The notes beneath the pieces were generated by a model that saw only the letters and a list, made by a program, of their open reading frames with translations, was not told the origin of the DNA and searched no databases. A stretch of 64,000 nucleotides of DNA from the human T2T-CHM13v2.0 reference genome, Homo sapiens, in assembly GCF_009914755.1 (NCBI RefSeq), contig NC_060942.1; one strand, given 5' to 3'. Position numbers and translations under genes: made by a program. Positions 11,545-25,400 of the stretch are shown here, piece by piece (within the stretch, counting starts at the first letter, position 1; every line of letters begins with the position of its first letter).

Positions 11545-14500
11545 CTAGACAGAAGCATTCTCAGAAACTTACTCGTGATGTGTGTCCTCAACTAAAGGAG
11601 TAGAACCTTTGTATTCATAGAGAAGTTTTGAAACGCTCTTTTTGTGGAATCTCCAAGTGGATATTTGGCTAGTTTTGAGGATTTCGTTGGAAGCGGGAAT
11701 TCATACAAATTGCAGACTGCAGAGTTCTGAGAAACATCTTTGTGATGTTTGTATTCAGGACACAGAGATGAACATTCCCTATCATAGAGCAGGTTGGAAT
11801 CACTCCTTTTGTAGTATCAGGAAGTGGACATTTGGAGCGCTTTCAGGCCTATGTTGAAAAAGGAAATATCTTCCCATAACAACTAGACACAAGCATTCTC
11901 AGAAACTTGTTTGTGATGTGTGCCCTCTACTGACAGAGTTGAACCTTTCTTTTCATAGAGCAGTTTTGAAACACTCTTTTTGTAGAATCTGCAAGAGGAT
12001 ATTTGCATAGCTTTGAGGATTTCGTGGGAAACGGGATTGTCTTCAGGTAAAATCTAGACAGAAGCATTCTCAGAAACTTCTTTGGGATGTTTGCATTCAA
12101 GTCACAGAGTAGAACATTCCCTTTGGTAGAGCAGGTTTGAAACCCTCTTTTTGTAGTATCTGGAAGTGGACATTTGGAGCGCTTTCAGGCCCATGTTGGA
12201 AAGGGAAATATCTTCCCGTAACAACTAGGCAGAAGAATTCTCAGAAACTTATTTGAGATGTGTGTACTCAACTAAGAGAATTGAACCACCGTTTTGAAGG
12301 AGCAGTTTTGAAACACTCTTTTTCTGGAAACTGCAAGAGTATATTTGCCTAGCCTTGAAGATTTCGTTGGAAAAGGGATTGTCTTCAGATAAAATCTAGA
12401 CAGAAGCATTCTCAGAAACTTCTTTGGGATGTTTGCATTCAAGTCACAGAGTAGAACATTCCCTTTGGTAGAGCAGGTTTGAAACACTCTTTTTTTAGTA
12501 TATAGAAGTGGACATTTGGAGCGCTTTCAGGCCTACGTTGGAAAAGGAAATATCTTCCCATAACAACTAGACAGAAGCATTCTCAGAAACTAGTTTCTGA
12601 TGTGTGTCCTCAACTAACACAGTTGAACTTTTCTTTAGACAGAACAGTTTTGAAACACTCTTTTTGTGGAATCTGCAAGTGGATATTTGGCTAGATTTGA
12701 GGATTTCGTTGGAAACGGGATTACATATAAAAAGCAGACAGCAGCATTCTCAGAAAGTTCTTTGTGATGATTGCATTCAAGTCACAGAATTGAACATTCC
12801 CTTTCACAGAGCAGGTTTGAAACACTCTTTTTGTAGTGTGTGTAAGTGGACATTTGGAGCGCTTTCCGGCCTAAGGTGAAAAAGGAAATATCTTCCCATA
12901 AAAACTAGACAGAAGCATTCTCAGAAACTTACTCGTGATGTGTGTCCTCAACTAAAGGAGTAGAACCTTTCTATTCATAGAGAAGTTTTGAAACGCTCTT
13001 TTTGTGGAATCTCCAAGTGGATATTTGGCTAGTTTTGAGGATTTCGTTGGAAGCGGGAATTCATACAAATTGCAGACTGCAGCGTTCTGAGAAACATCTT
13101 TGTGATGTTTGTATTCAGGACACAGAGAGGAACATTCCCTATCATAGAGCAGGTTGGAATCACTCCTTTTGTAGTATCTGGAAGTGGACATTTGGAGCGC
13201 TTTCAGGCCTATGTTGAAAAAGGAAATATCTTCCCATAACAACTAGACACAAGCATTCTCAGAAACTTGTTTGTGATGTGTGCCCTCTACTGACAGAGTT
13301 GAACCTTTCTTTTCATAGAGCAGTTTTGAAACACTCTTTTTGTAGAATCTGCAAGAGGATATTTGCATAGCTTTGAGGATTTAGTGGGAAACGGGATTGT
13401 CTTCAGGTAAAATCTAGACAGAAGCATTCTCAGAAACTTCTTTGGGATGTTTGCATTCAAGTCACAGAGTAGAACATTCCCTTTGGTAGAGCAGGTTTGA
13501 AACCCTCTTTTTGTAGTATCTGGAAGTGGACATTCGGAGCGCTATCAGGCCCATGTTGGAAAGGGAAATATCTTCCCGTAACAACTAGGCAGAAGCATTC
13601 TCAGAAACTTATTTGAGATGTGTGTACTCAACTAAGAGAATTGAACCACCGTTTTGAAGGAGCAGTTTTGAAACACTCTTTTTCTGGAATCTGCAAGAGT
13701 ATATTTGCCTAGCCTTGAGGATTTCGTTGGAAACGGGATTGTCTTCAGATAAAATCTAGACAGAAGCATTCTCAGAAACTTCTTTGGGATGTTTGCATTC
13801 AAGTCACAGAGTAGAACATTCCCTTTGGTAGAGCAGGTTTGAAACACTCTTTTTTTAGTATATGGAAGTGGACATTTGGAGCGCTTTCAGGCCTACGTTG
13901 GAAAAGGAAATATCTTCCCATAACAACTAGACAGAAGCATTCTCAGAAACTAGTTTCTGATGTGTGTCCTCAAGTAACACAGTTGAACATTTCTTTAGAC
14001 AGAACAGTTTTGAAACACTCTTTTTGTGGAATCTGCAAGTGGCTATTTGGCTAGATTTGAGGATTTCTTTGGAAACGGGATTACATATAAAAAGCTGACA
14101 GCAGCATTCTCAGAAAGTTCTTTGTGATGATTGCATTCAAGTCACAGAATTGAACATTCCCTTTCACAGAGCAGGTTTGAAACACTCTTTTTGTAGTGTG
14201 TGTAAGTGGACATTTGGAGCACTTTCCAGCCTAAGGTGAAAAAGGAAATATCTTCCCATAAAAAATAGACAGAAGCATTCTCAGAAACTTACTCGTGATG
14301 TGTGTCCTCAACTAAAGGTGTAGAACCTTTCTTTTCATAGAGAAGTTTTGAAACGCTCTTTTTGTGGAATCTGCAAGTGGATATTTGGCTAGTTTTGAGG
14401 ATTTCGTTGGAAGCGGGAATTCATACAAATTGCAGACTGCAGCGTTCTGAGAAATATCTTTGTGATGTTTGTATTCAGGACACAGAGTTGAACATTCCGT

Positions 14501-17500
14501 ATCATAGAGCAGGTTGGAATCACTCCTTTTGTAGTATCTGGAAGTGGACATTTGGAGCGCTTTCAGGCCTATGTTGAAAAAGGAAATATCTTCCCATAAC
14601 AACTAGACACAAGCATTCTCAGAAACTTGTTTGTGATGTGTGCCCTCTACTGACAGAGTTGAACCTTTCTTTTCATAGAGCAGTTTTGAAACACTCTTTT
14701 TGTAGAATCTGCAAGAGGATATTTGCATAGCTTTGAGGATTTCGTGGGAAACGGGATTGTCTTCAGGTAAAATCTAGACAGAAGCATTCTCAGAAACTTC
14801 TTTGGGATGTTTGCATTCAAGTCACAGAGTAGAACATTCCCTTTGGTAGAGCAGGTTTGAAACACTCTTTTTGTAGTATCTGGAAGTGGACATTAGGAGC
14901 GCTTTCAGGCCCATGTTGGAAAGGGAAATATCTTCCCGTAACAACTAGGCAGAAGCATTCTCAGAAACATATTTGAGATGTGTGTACTCAACTAAGAGAA
15001 TTGAACCACCGTTTTGAAGGAGCAGTTTTGAAACACTCTTTTTCTGGAATCTGCAAGAGTATATTTGCCTAGCCTTGAGGATTTCGTTGGAAACGGGATT
15101 GTCTTCAGATAAAATCTAGACAGAAGCATTCTCAGAAACTTCTTTGGGATGTTTGCATTCAAGTCACAGAGTAGAACATTCCCTTTGGTAGAGCAGGTTT
15201 GAAACAATCTTTTTTTAGTATATGGAAGTGGACATTTGGAGCGCTTTCAGGCCTACGTTGGAGAAGGTAATATCTTCCCATAACAACTAGACCGAAGCAT
15301 TCTCAGAAACTAGTTTCTGATGTGTGTCCTCAACTAACACAGTTGTACATTTCTTTAGACAGAACAGTTATGAAACACTCTTTTTGTGGAATCTGCAAGT
15401 GGATATTTGGCTAGATTTGAGGATTTCGTTGGAAACGGGATTACATATAAAAAGCAGTCAGCAGCATTCTCAGATAGTTCTTTGTGATGATTGCATTCAA
15501 GTCACAGAATTGAAAATTCCCTTTCACAGAGCAGGTTTGAAACACTCTTTTTGTAGTGTGTGTAAGTGGACATTTGGAGAGCTTTCTGGCCTAAGGTGAA
15601 AAAGGAAATATCTTCCCATAAAAACTAGACAGAAGCATTCTCAGAAACTTACTCGTGATGTGTGTCCTCAACTAAAGGAGTAGAACCTTTCTTTTCATAG
15701 AGAAGTTTTGAAACGCTCTTTTTGTGGAATCTGCAAGTGGATATTTGGCTAGTTTTGAGGATTTCGTTGGAAGCGGGAATTCATACAAATTGCAGACTGC
15801 AGCGTTCTGAGAAACATCTTTGTGATGTTTGTATTCAGGACACAGAGAGGAACATTCCCTATCATAGAGCAGGTTGGAATCACTCCTTTTGTAGTATCTG
15901 GAAGTGGACATTTGGAGCGCTTTCAGGCCTATGTTGAAAAAGGAAATATCTTCCCATAACAACTAGACACAAGCATTCTCAGAAACTTGTTTGTGATGTG
16001 TGCCCTCTACTGACAGAGTTGAACCTTTCTTTTCATAGAGCAGTTTTGAAACACTCTTTTTGTAGAATCTGCAAGAGGATATTTGCATAGCTTTGAGGAT
16101 TTCGTGGGAAACGGGATTGTCTTCAGGTAAAATCTAGACAGAAGCATTCTCAGAAACTTCTTTGGGATGTTTGCATTCAAGTCACAGAGTAGAACATTCC
16201 CTTTGGTAGAGCAGGTTTGAAACACTCTTTTTGTAGTATCTGGAAGTGGACATTTGGAGCGCTTTCAGGCCCATGTTGGAAAGGGAAATATCTTCCCGTA
16301 ACAACTAGGCAGAAGCATTCTCAGAAACTTATTTGAGATGTGTGTACTCAACTAAGAGAATTGAACCACCGTTTTGAAGGAGCAGTTTTGAAACACTCTT
16401 TTTCTGTAATCTGCAAGAGTATATTTGCCTAGGCTTGAGGATTTCGTTGGAAACGGGATTGTCTTCAGGTAAAATCTAGACAGAAGCATTCTCAGAAACT
16501 TCTTTGGGATGTTTGCATTCAAGTCACAGAGTAGAACATTCCCTTTGGTAGAGCAGGTTTGAAACACTCTTTTTTTAGTATATGGAAGTGGACATTTGGA
16601 GCGCTTTCAGGCCTACGTTGGAAAAGGAAATATCTTCCCATAACAACTAGACAGAAGCATTCTCAGAAACTAGTTTCTGATGTGTGTCCTCAACTAACAC
16701 AGTTGAACTTTTCTTTACACAGAACAGTTTTGAAACACTCTTTTTGTGGAATCTGCAAGTGGATATTTGACTAGATTTGAAGATTTCGTTGGAAACGGGA
16801 TTACATATAAAAAGCAGACAGCAGCATTCTCAGAAAGTTCTTTGTGATGATTGCATTCAAGTCACAGAATTGAACATTCCCTTTCACAGAGCAGGTTTGA
16901 AACACTCTTTTTGTAGTGTGTGTAAGTGGACATTTGGAGCGCTTTCCGGCCTAAGGTGAAAAAGGAAATATCTTCCCATAAAAACTAGACAGAAGCATTC
17001 TCAGAAACTTACTCGTGATGTGTGTCCTCAACTAAAGGAGTAGAACCTTTCTATTCATAGAGAAGTTTTCAAACGCTCTTTTTGTGGAATCTCCAAGTGG
17101 ATATTTGGCTAGTTTTGAGGATTTCGTTGGAAGCGGGAATTCATACAAATTGCAGACTGCAGCGTTATGAGAAACATCTTTGTGATGTTTGTATTCAGGA
17201 CACAGAGATGAACATTCCCTATCATAGAGCAGGTTGGAATCACTCCTTTTGTAGTATCTGGAAGTGGACATTTGGAGCGCTTTCAGGCCTATGTTGAAAA
17301 AGGAAATATCTTCCCATAACAACTAGACACAAGTATTCTCAGAAACTTGTTTGTGATGTGTGCCCTCTACTGACAGAGTTGAACCTTTCTTTTCATAGAG
17401 CAGTTTTGAAACACTCTTTTTGTAGAATCTGCAAGAGGATATTTGCATAGCTTTGAGGATTTCGTGGGAAACGGGATTGTCTTCAGGTAAAATCTAGACA

Positions 17501-18344
17501 GAAGCATTCTCAGAAACTTCTTTGGGATGTTTGCATTCAAGTCACAGAGTAGAACATTCCCTTTGGTAGAGCAGGTTTGAAACACTCTTTTTGTAGTATC
17601 TGGAAGTGGACATTTGGAGCGCTTTCAGGCCCATGTTGGAAAGGGAAATATCTTCCCGTAACAACTAGGCAGAAGCATTCTCAGAAACTTATTTGAGATG
17701 TGTGTACTCAACTAAGAGAATTGAACCACCGTTTTGAAGGAGCAGTTTTGAAACACTCTTTTTCTGGATTCTGCAAGAATATATTTGCCTAGCCTTGAGG
17801 ATTTCGTTGGAAACGGGATTGTCTTCAGATAAAATCTAGACAGAAGCATTCTCAGAAACTTCTTTGGGATGTTTGCATTCAAGTCACAGAGTAGAACATT
17901 CTCTTTGGTAGAGCAGGTTTGAAACACTCTTTTTTTAGTATATGGAAGTGGACATTTGGAGCGCTTTCAGGCCTACTTTGGAAAAGGAAATATCTTCCCA
18001 TAACAACTAGACAGAAGCATTCTCAGAAACTAGTTTCTGATGTGTGTCCTCAACTAACACAGTTGTACATTTCTTTAGACAGAACAGTTTTGAAACACTC
18101 TTTTTGTGGAATCTGCAAGTGGATATTTGGCTAGATTTGAGGATTTCGTTGGAAACGGGATTACATATAAAAAGCAGTCAGCAGCATTCTCAGAAAGTTC
18201 TTTGTGATGATTGTATTCAAGTCACAGAATTGAACATTCCCTTTCACAGAGCAGGTTTGAAACACATTTTTTGTAGTATGTGTAAGTGGACATTTGGAGC
18301 GCTTTCCGGCCTAAGGTGAAAAAGGAAATATCTTCCCATAAAAA
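11545..18344 (+). repeat. Run of five 8-mer HORs
   Basis: Unit starts at 11545, 12905, 14265, 15625, 16985; no E/F dimers. Confidence 0.9.
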
Positions 18345-21300
18345 CTAGACAGAAGCATTCTCAGAAACTTACTCGTGATGTGTGTCCTCAACTAAAGGAG
18401 TAGAACCTTTCTTTTCATAGAGAAGTTTTGAAACGCTCTTTTTGTGGAATCTGCAAGTGGATATTTGGCTAGTTTTGAGGATTTCGTTGGAAGCGGGAAT
18501 TCATACAAATTGCAGACTGCAGCGTTCTGAGAAACATCTTTGTGATGTTTGTATTCAGGACACAGAGTTGAACATTCCCTATCATAGAGCAGGTTTGAAT
18601 CACTCCTTTTGTAGTATCTGGAAGTGGAAATTTGGAGCGCTTTCAGGCCTATGTTGGAAAAGGAAATATCTTCCCATAACAACTAGACAGAAGCATTCTC
18701 AGAAACTTATTTGAGATGTGTGTACTCAACTAAGAGAATTGAACCACCGTTTTGAAGGAGCAGTTTTGAAACACTCTTTTTCTGGAATCTGCAAGTGGAT
18801 ATTTGGCTAGCTTTGGGGATTTCGCTGGAAGCGGGAATACATATAAAAAGCACACAGCAGCGTTCTGAGAAACTGCTTTCTGATGTTTGCATTCAAGTCA
18901 AAAGTTGAACACTCCCTTTCATAGAGCAGTCTTGAAACACCCCTTTTGTAGTATCTGGAACTGGACATTTCGGGCGCTTTCAGGGCTAAGGTGAAAAAGG
19001 AAATATCTTCCCATAAAAACTGGACAGAAGCATTCTGAGAAACTTGTTTATGCTGTATCTACTCAACTAACAAATTTGAACCTTTCTTTTGATAGAGCAG
19101 TTTTGTAATGCTCTTTTTGTGGAATCTGCAAGTGGATATTTGGCTAGTTTTGAGGATTTCGTTGGAAGCGGGAATTCATACAAATTGCACACTGCAGCGT
19201 TCTGAGAAACATCTTTGTGATGCTTGTATTCAGGACACAGAGTTGAACATTCCCTATCATAGAGCAGGTTGGAATCACTCCTTTTGTAGTATCTGGAAGT
19301 GGACATTTGGAGCGCTTTCAGGCCTATGTTGAAAAAGGAAATATCTTCCCATAACAACTAGACACAAGCATTCTCAGAAACTTGTTTGTGATGTGTGCCC
19401 TCTACTGACAGAGTTGAACCTTTCTTTTCATAGAGCAGTTTTGAAACACTCTTTTTGTAGAATCTGCAAGAGGATATTTGCATAGCTTTGAGGATTTCGC
19501 GGGAAACGGGATTGTCTTCAGGTAAAATCTAGACAGAAGTATTCTCAGAAACTTCTTTGGGATGTTTGCATTCAAGTCACAGAGTAGAACATTCCCTTTG
19601 GTAGAGCAGGTTTGAAACACTCTTTTTGTAGTATCTGGAAGTGGACATTTTGAGCGCTTTCAGGCCCATGTTGGAAAGGGAAATATCTTCCCGTAACAAC
19701 TAGGCAGAAGCATTCTCAGAAACTTATTTGAGATGTGTGTACTCAACTAAGAGAATTGAACCACCGTTTTGAAGGAGCAGTTTTGAAACACTCTTTTTCT
19801 GGAATCTGCAAGAGTATATCTTCCTAGCTTTGTGGATTTCGTTGGAAACGGGATTGTCTTCAGATAAAATCTAGACAGAAGCATTCTCAGAAACTTCTTT
19901 GGGATGTTTGCATTCAAGTCACAGAGTAGAACATTCCCTTTGGTAGAGCAGGTTTGAAACACTCTTTTTTTAGTATATGGAAGTGGACATTTTGATCGCT
20001 TTCAGGCCTACGTTGGAAAAGGAAATATCTTCCCATAGCAATTAGACAGAAGCATTCTCAGAAACTAGTTTCTGATGTGTGTCCTCAACTAACACAGTTG
20101 AACATTTCTTTAGACAGAACAGTTTTGGAACACTCTTTTTGTGGAATCTGCAAGTGGATAGTTGGCTAGATTTGAGGATTTCGTTGGAAACGGGATTACA
20201 TATAAAAAGCAGTCAGCAGCATTCTCAGAAAGTTCTTTGTGATGATTGCATTCAAGTCACAGAATTGAACATTCCCTTTCACAGAGCAGGTTTGAAACAC
20301 TCTTTATGTAGTGTGTGTAAGTGGATATTTGGAGCACTTACCGGCCTAAGGTGAACAAGGAAATATCTTCCCATAAAAACTAGACAGAAGCATTCTCAGA
20401 AACTTACTCGTGATGTGTGTCCTCAACTAAAGGTGTAGAACCTTTCTTTTCATAGAGAAGTTTTGAAACGCTCTTTTTGTGGAATCTGCAAGTGGATATT
20501 TGGCTAGTTTTGAGGATTTCGTTGGAAGCGGGAATTCATACAAATTGCAGACTGCAGCGTTCTGAGAAACATCTTTGTGATGTTTGTATTCAGGACACAG
20601 AGTTGAACATTCCCTATCATAGAGCAGGTTTGAATCACTCCTTTTGTAGTATCTGGAAGTGGACATTTGGAGCGCTTTCAGGCCTATGTTGGAAAAGGAA
20701 ATATCTTCCCATAACAACTAGACAGAAGCATTCTCAGAAACTTATTTGAGATGTGTGTACTCAACTAAGAGAATTGAACCACCGTTTTGAAGGAGCAGTT
20801 TTGAAGCACTCTTTTTCTGGAATCTGCAAGTGGATATTTGGCTAGCTTTGGGGATTTCGCTGGAAGCGGGAATACATATAAAAAGCACACAGCAGCGTTC
20901 TGAGAAACTGCTTTCTGATGTTTGCATTCAAGTCAAAAGTTGAACACTCCCTTTCATAGAGCAGTCTTGAAACACCCCTTTTGTAGTATCTGGAACTGGA
21001 CTTTTGGAGCGATTTCAGGGCTAAGGTGAAAAAGGAAATATCTTCCCATAAAAACTGGACAGAAGCATTCTCAGAAACTTGTTTATGCTGTATCTACTCA
21101 ACTAACAAAGTTGAACCTTTCTTTTGATAGAGCAGTTTTGAAATGGTCTTTTTGTGGAATCTGCAAGTGGATATTTGGCTAGTTTTGAGGATTTCGTTGG
21201 AAGCGGGAATTCATACAAATTGCAGACTGCAGCGTTCTGAGAAACATCTTTGTGATGTTTTTATTCAGGAAACAGAGTTGAACATTCCCTGTCCTAGAGC

Positions 21301-22414
21301 AGGTTGGAATCACTCCTTTTGTAGTATCTGGAAGTGGACATTTGGAGCGCTTTCAGGCCTATTTTGGAAAGGGAAATATCTTCCCATAACAACTATGCAG
21401 AAGCATTCTCAGAAACTTGTTTGTGATGTGTGCCCTCTACTGACAGATTTGAACCTTTCTTTTCATAGAGCAGTTTTGAAACACTCTTTTTGTAGAATCT
21501 GCAAGAGGATATTTGCATAGCTTTGAGGATTTCGTGGGAAACGGGATTGTCTTCAGGTAAAATCTAGACAGAAGGATTCTCAGAAACTTCTTTGGGATGT
21601 TTGCATTCAAGTCACAGAGTAGAACATTCCCTTTGGTAGAGCAGGTTTGAAACACTCTTTTTGTAGTATCTGGAAGTGGACATATGGAGCGCTTTCAGGC
21701 TCATGTTGGAAAGGGAAATATCTTCCCTTAACAACTAGGCAGAAGCATTCTCAGAAACTTATTTGAGATGTGTGTACTCAACTAAGAGAATTGAACCACC
21801 GTTTTGAAGGAGCAGTTTTGAAACACTCTTTTTCTGGATTCTGCAAGAATATATTTGCCTAGCCTTGAGGATTTCGTTGGAAACTGGATTGTCTTCAGAT
21901 AAAATCTAGACAGAAGCATTCTCAGAAACTTCTTTGGGATGTTTGCATTCAAGTCACAGAGTAGAACATTCTCTTTGGTAGAGCAGGTTTGAAACAATCT
22001 TTTTTTAGTATATGGAAGTGGACATTTGGAGCGCTTTCAGGCCTACGTTGGAGAAGGAAATATCTTCCCATAACAACTAGACCGAAGCATTCTCAGAAAC
22101 TAGTTTCTGATGTGTGTCCTCAACTAACACAGTTGTACATTTCTTTAGACAGAACAGTTATGAAACACTCTTTTTGTGGAATCTGCAAGTGGATATTTGG
22201 CTAGATTTGAGGATTTCGTTGGAAACGGGATTACATATAAAAAGCAGTCAGCAGCATTCTCAGATAGTTCTTTGTGATGATTGCATTCAAGTCACAGAAT
22301 TGAAAATTCCCTTTCACAGAGCAGGTTTGAAACACTCTTTTTGTAGTGTGTGTAAGTGGACATTTGGAGCGCTTTCTGGCCTAAGGTGAAAAAGGAAATA
22401 TCTTCCCATAAAAA
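18345..22414 (+). repeat. Two tandem 12-mer HORs
   Basis: Unit starts at 18345 and 20380, each AEFBCD. Confidence 0.9.
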
Positions 22415-25400
22415 CTAGACAGAAGCATTCTCAGAAACTTACTCGTGATGTGTGTCCTCAACTAAAGGAGTAGAACCTTTCTTTTCATAGAGAAGTTTTG
22501 AAACGCTCTTTTTGTGGAATCTGCAAGTGGACATTTGGCTAGTTTTGAGGATTTCGTTGGAAGCGGGAATTCATACAAATTGCAGACTGCAGCGTTCTGA
22601 GAAACATCTTTGTGATGTTTGTATTCAGGACACAGAGATGAACATTCCCTATCATAGAGCAGGTTGGAATCACTCCTTTTGTAGTATCTGGAAGTGGACA
22701 TTTGGAGCGCTTTCAGGCCTATGTTGAAAAAGGAAATATCTTCCCATAACAACTAGACACAAGCATTCTCAGAAACTTGTTTGTGATGTGTGCCCTCTAC
22801 TGACAGAGTTGAACCTTTCTTTTCATAGAGCAGTTTTGAAACACTCTTTTTGTAGAATCTGCAAGAGGATATTTGCATAGCTTTGAGGATTTCGTGGGAA
22901 ACGGGATTGTCTTCAGGTAAAATCTAGACAGAAGCATTCTCAGAAACTTCTTTGGGATGTTTGCATTCAAGTCACAGAGTAGAACATTCCCTTTGGTAGA
23001 GCAGGTTTGAAACCCTCTTTTTGTAGTATCTGGAAGTGGACATTTGGAGCACTTTCAGGCCCATGTTGGAAAGGGAAATATCTTTCCGTAACAACTAGGC
23101 AGAAGCATTCTCAGAAACTTATTTGAGATGTGTGTACTCAACTAAGAGAATTGAACCACCGTTTTGAAGGAGCAGTTTTGAAACACTCTTTTTCTGGAAT
23201 CTGCAAGAGTATATTTGCCTAGCCTTGAGGATTTCGTTGGAAACGGGATTGTCTTCAGATAAAATCTAGACAGAAGCATTCTCAGAAACTTCTTTGGGAT
23301 GTTTGCATTCAAGTCACAGAGTAGAACATTCCCTTTGGTAGAGCAGGTTTGAAACACTCTTTTTTTAGTATATGGAAGTGGACATTTGGAGCGCTTTCAG
23401 GCCTACGTTGGAAAAGGAAATATCTTCCCATAACAACTAGACAGAAGCATTCTCAGAAACTAGTTTCTGATGTGTGTCCTCAACTAACACAGTTGAACTT
23501 TTCTTTACACAGAACAGTTTTGAAACACTCTTTTTGTGGAATCTGCAAGTGGATATTTGGCTAGATTTGAGGATTTCGTTGGAAACGGGATTACATATAA
23601 AAAGCAGACAGCAGCATTCTCAGAAAGTTCTTTGTGATGATTGCATTCAAGTCACAGAATTGAACATTCCCTTTCACAGAGCAGGTTTGAAACACTCTTT
23701 TTGTAGTGTGTGTAAGTGGACATTTGGAGCGCTTTCCGGCCTAAGGTGAAAAAAGAAATATCTTCCCATAAAAACTAGACAGAAGCATTCTCAGAAACTT
23801 ACTCGTGATGTGTGTCCTCAACTAAAGGAGTAGAACCTTTCTTTTCATAGAGAAGTTTTGAAACGCTCTTTTTGTGGAATCTGCAAGTGGATATTTGCCT
23901 AGTTTTGAGGATTTCGTTGGAAGCGGGAATTCATACAAATTGCAGACTGCAGCGTTCTGAGAAACATATTTGTGATGCTTGTATTCAGGACACAGAGATG
24001 AACATTCCCTATCATAGAGCAGGTTGGAATCACTCCTTTTGTAGTATCTGGAAGTGGACATTTGGAGCGCTTTCAGGCCTATGTTGAAAAAGGAAATATC
24101 TTCCCATAACAACTAGACACAAGCATTCTCAGAAACTTGTTTGTGATGTGTGCCCTCTACTGACAGAGTTGAACCTTTCTTTTCATAGAGCAGTTTTGAA
24201 ACACTCTTTTTGTAGAATCTGCAAAAGGATATTTGCATAGCTTTGAGGATTTCGTGGGAAACGGGATTGTCTTCAGGTAAAATCTAGACAGAAGCATTCT
24301 CAGAAACTTCTCTGGGATGTTTGCATTCAAGTCACACAGTAGAACATTCCCTTTGGTAGAGCAGGTTTGAAACACTCTTTTTGTAGTATCTGGAAGTGGA
24401 CATTTGGAGCGCTTTCAGGCCCATGTTGGAAAGGGAAATATCTTCCCGTAACAACTAGGCAGAAGCATTCTCAGAAACATATTTGAGATGTGTGTACTCA
24501 ACTAAGAGAATTGAACCACCGTTTTGAAGGAGCAGTTTTGAAACACTCTTTTTCTGTAATCTGCAAGAGTATATTTGCCTAGCCTTGAGGATTTCGTTGG
24601 AAACGGGATTGTCTTCAGATAAAATCTAGACAGAAGCATTCTCAGAAACTTCTTTGGGATGTTTGCATTCAAGTCACAGAGTAGAACATTCCCTTTGGTA
24701 GAGCAGGTTTGAAACAATCTTTTTTTAGTATATGGAAGTGGACATTTGGAGCGCTTTCAGGCCTACGTTGGAGAAGGAAATATCTTCCCATAACAACTAG
24801 ACCGAAGCATTCTCAGAAACTAGTTTCTGATGTGTGTCCTCAACTAACACAGTTGTACATTTCTTTAGACAGAACAGTTATGAAACACTCTTTTTGTGGA
24901 ATCTGCAAGTGGATATTTGGCTAGATTTGAGGATTTCGTTGGAAACGGGATTACATATAAAAAGCAGTCAGCAGCATTCTCAGATAGTTCTTTGTGATGA
25001 TTGCATTCAAGTCACAGAATTGAAAATTCCCTTTCACAGAGCAGGTTTGAAACACTCTTTTTGTAGTGTGTGTAAGTGGACATTTGGAGCGCTTTCTGGC
25101 CTAAGGTGAAAAAGGAAATATCTTCCCATAAAAACTAGACAGAAGCATTCTCAGAAACTTACTCGTGATGTGTGTCCTCAACTAAAGGAGTAGAACCTTT
25201 CTTTTCATAGAGAAGTTTTGAAACGCTCTTTTTGTGGAATCTGCAAGTGGACATTTGGCTAGTTTTGAGGATTTCGTTGGAAGCGGGAATTCATACAAAT
25301 TGCAGACTGCAGCGTTCTGAGAAACATCTTTGTGATGTTTGTATTCAGGACACAGAGATGAACATTCCCTATCATAGAGCAGGTTGGAATCACTCCTTTT

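Noticed and set aside
21143-21520. Longer ORFs (114-125 aa) at 8589, 21143, 28912, 34048, 45203, 52336
   Set aside because: These are caused by single substitutions that remove a stop or add a start in particular HOR copies. They are useful only as haplotype markers.
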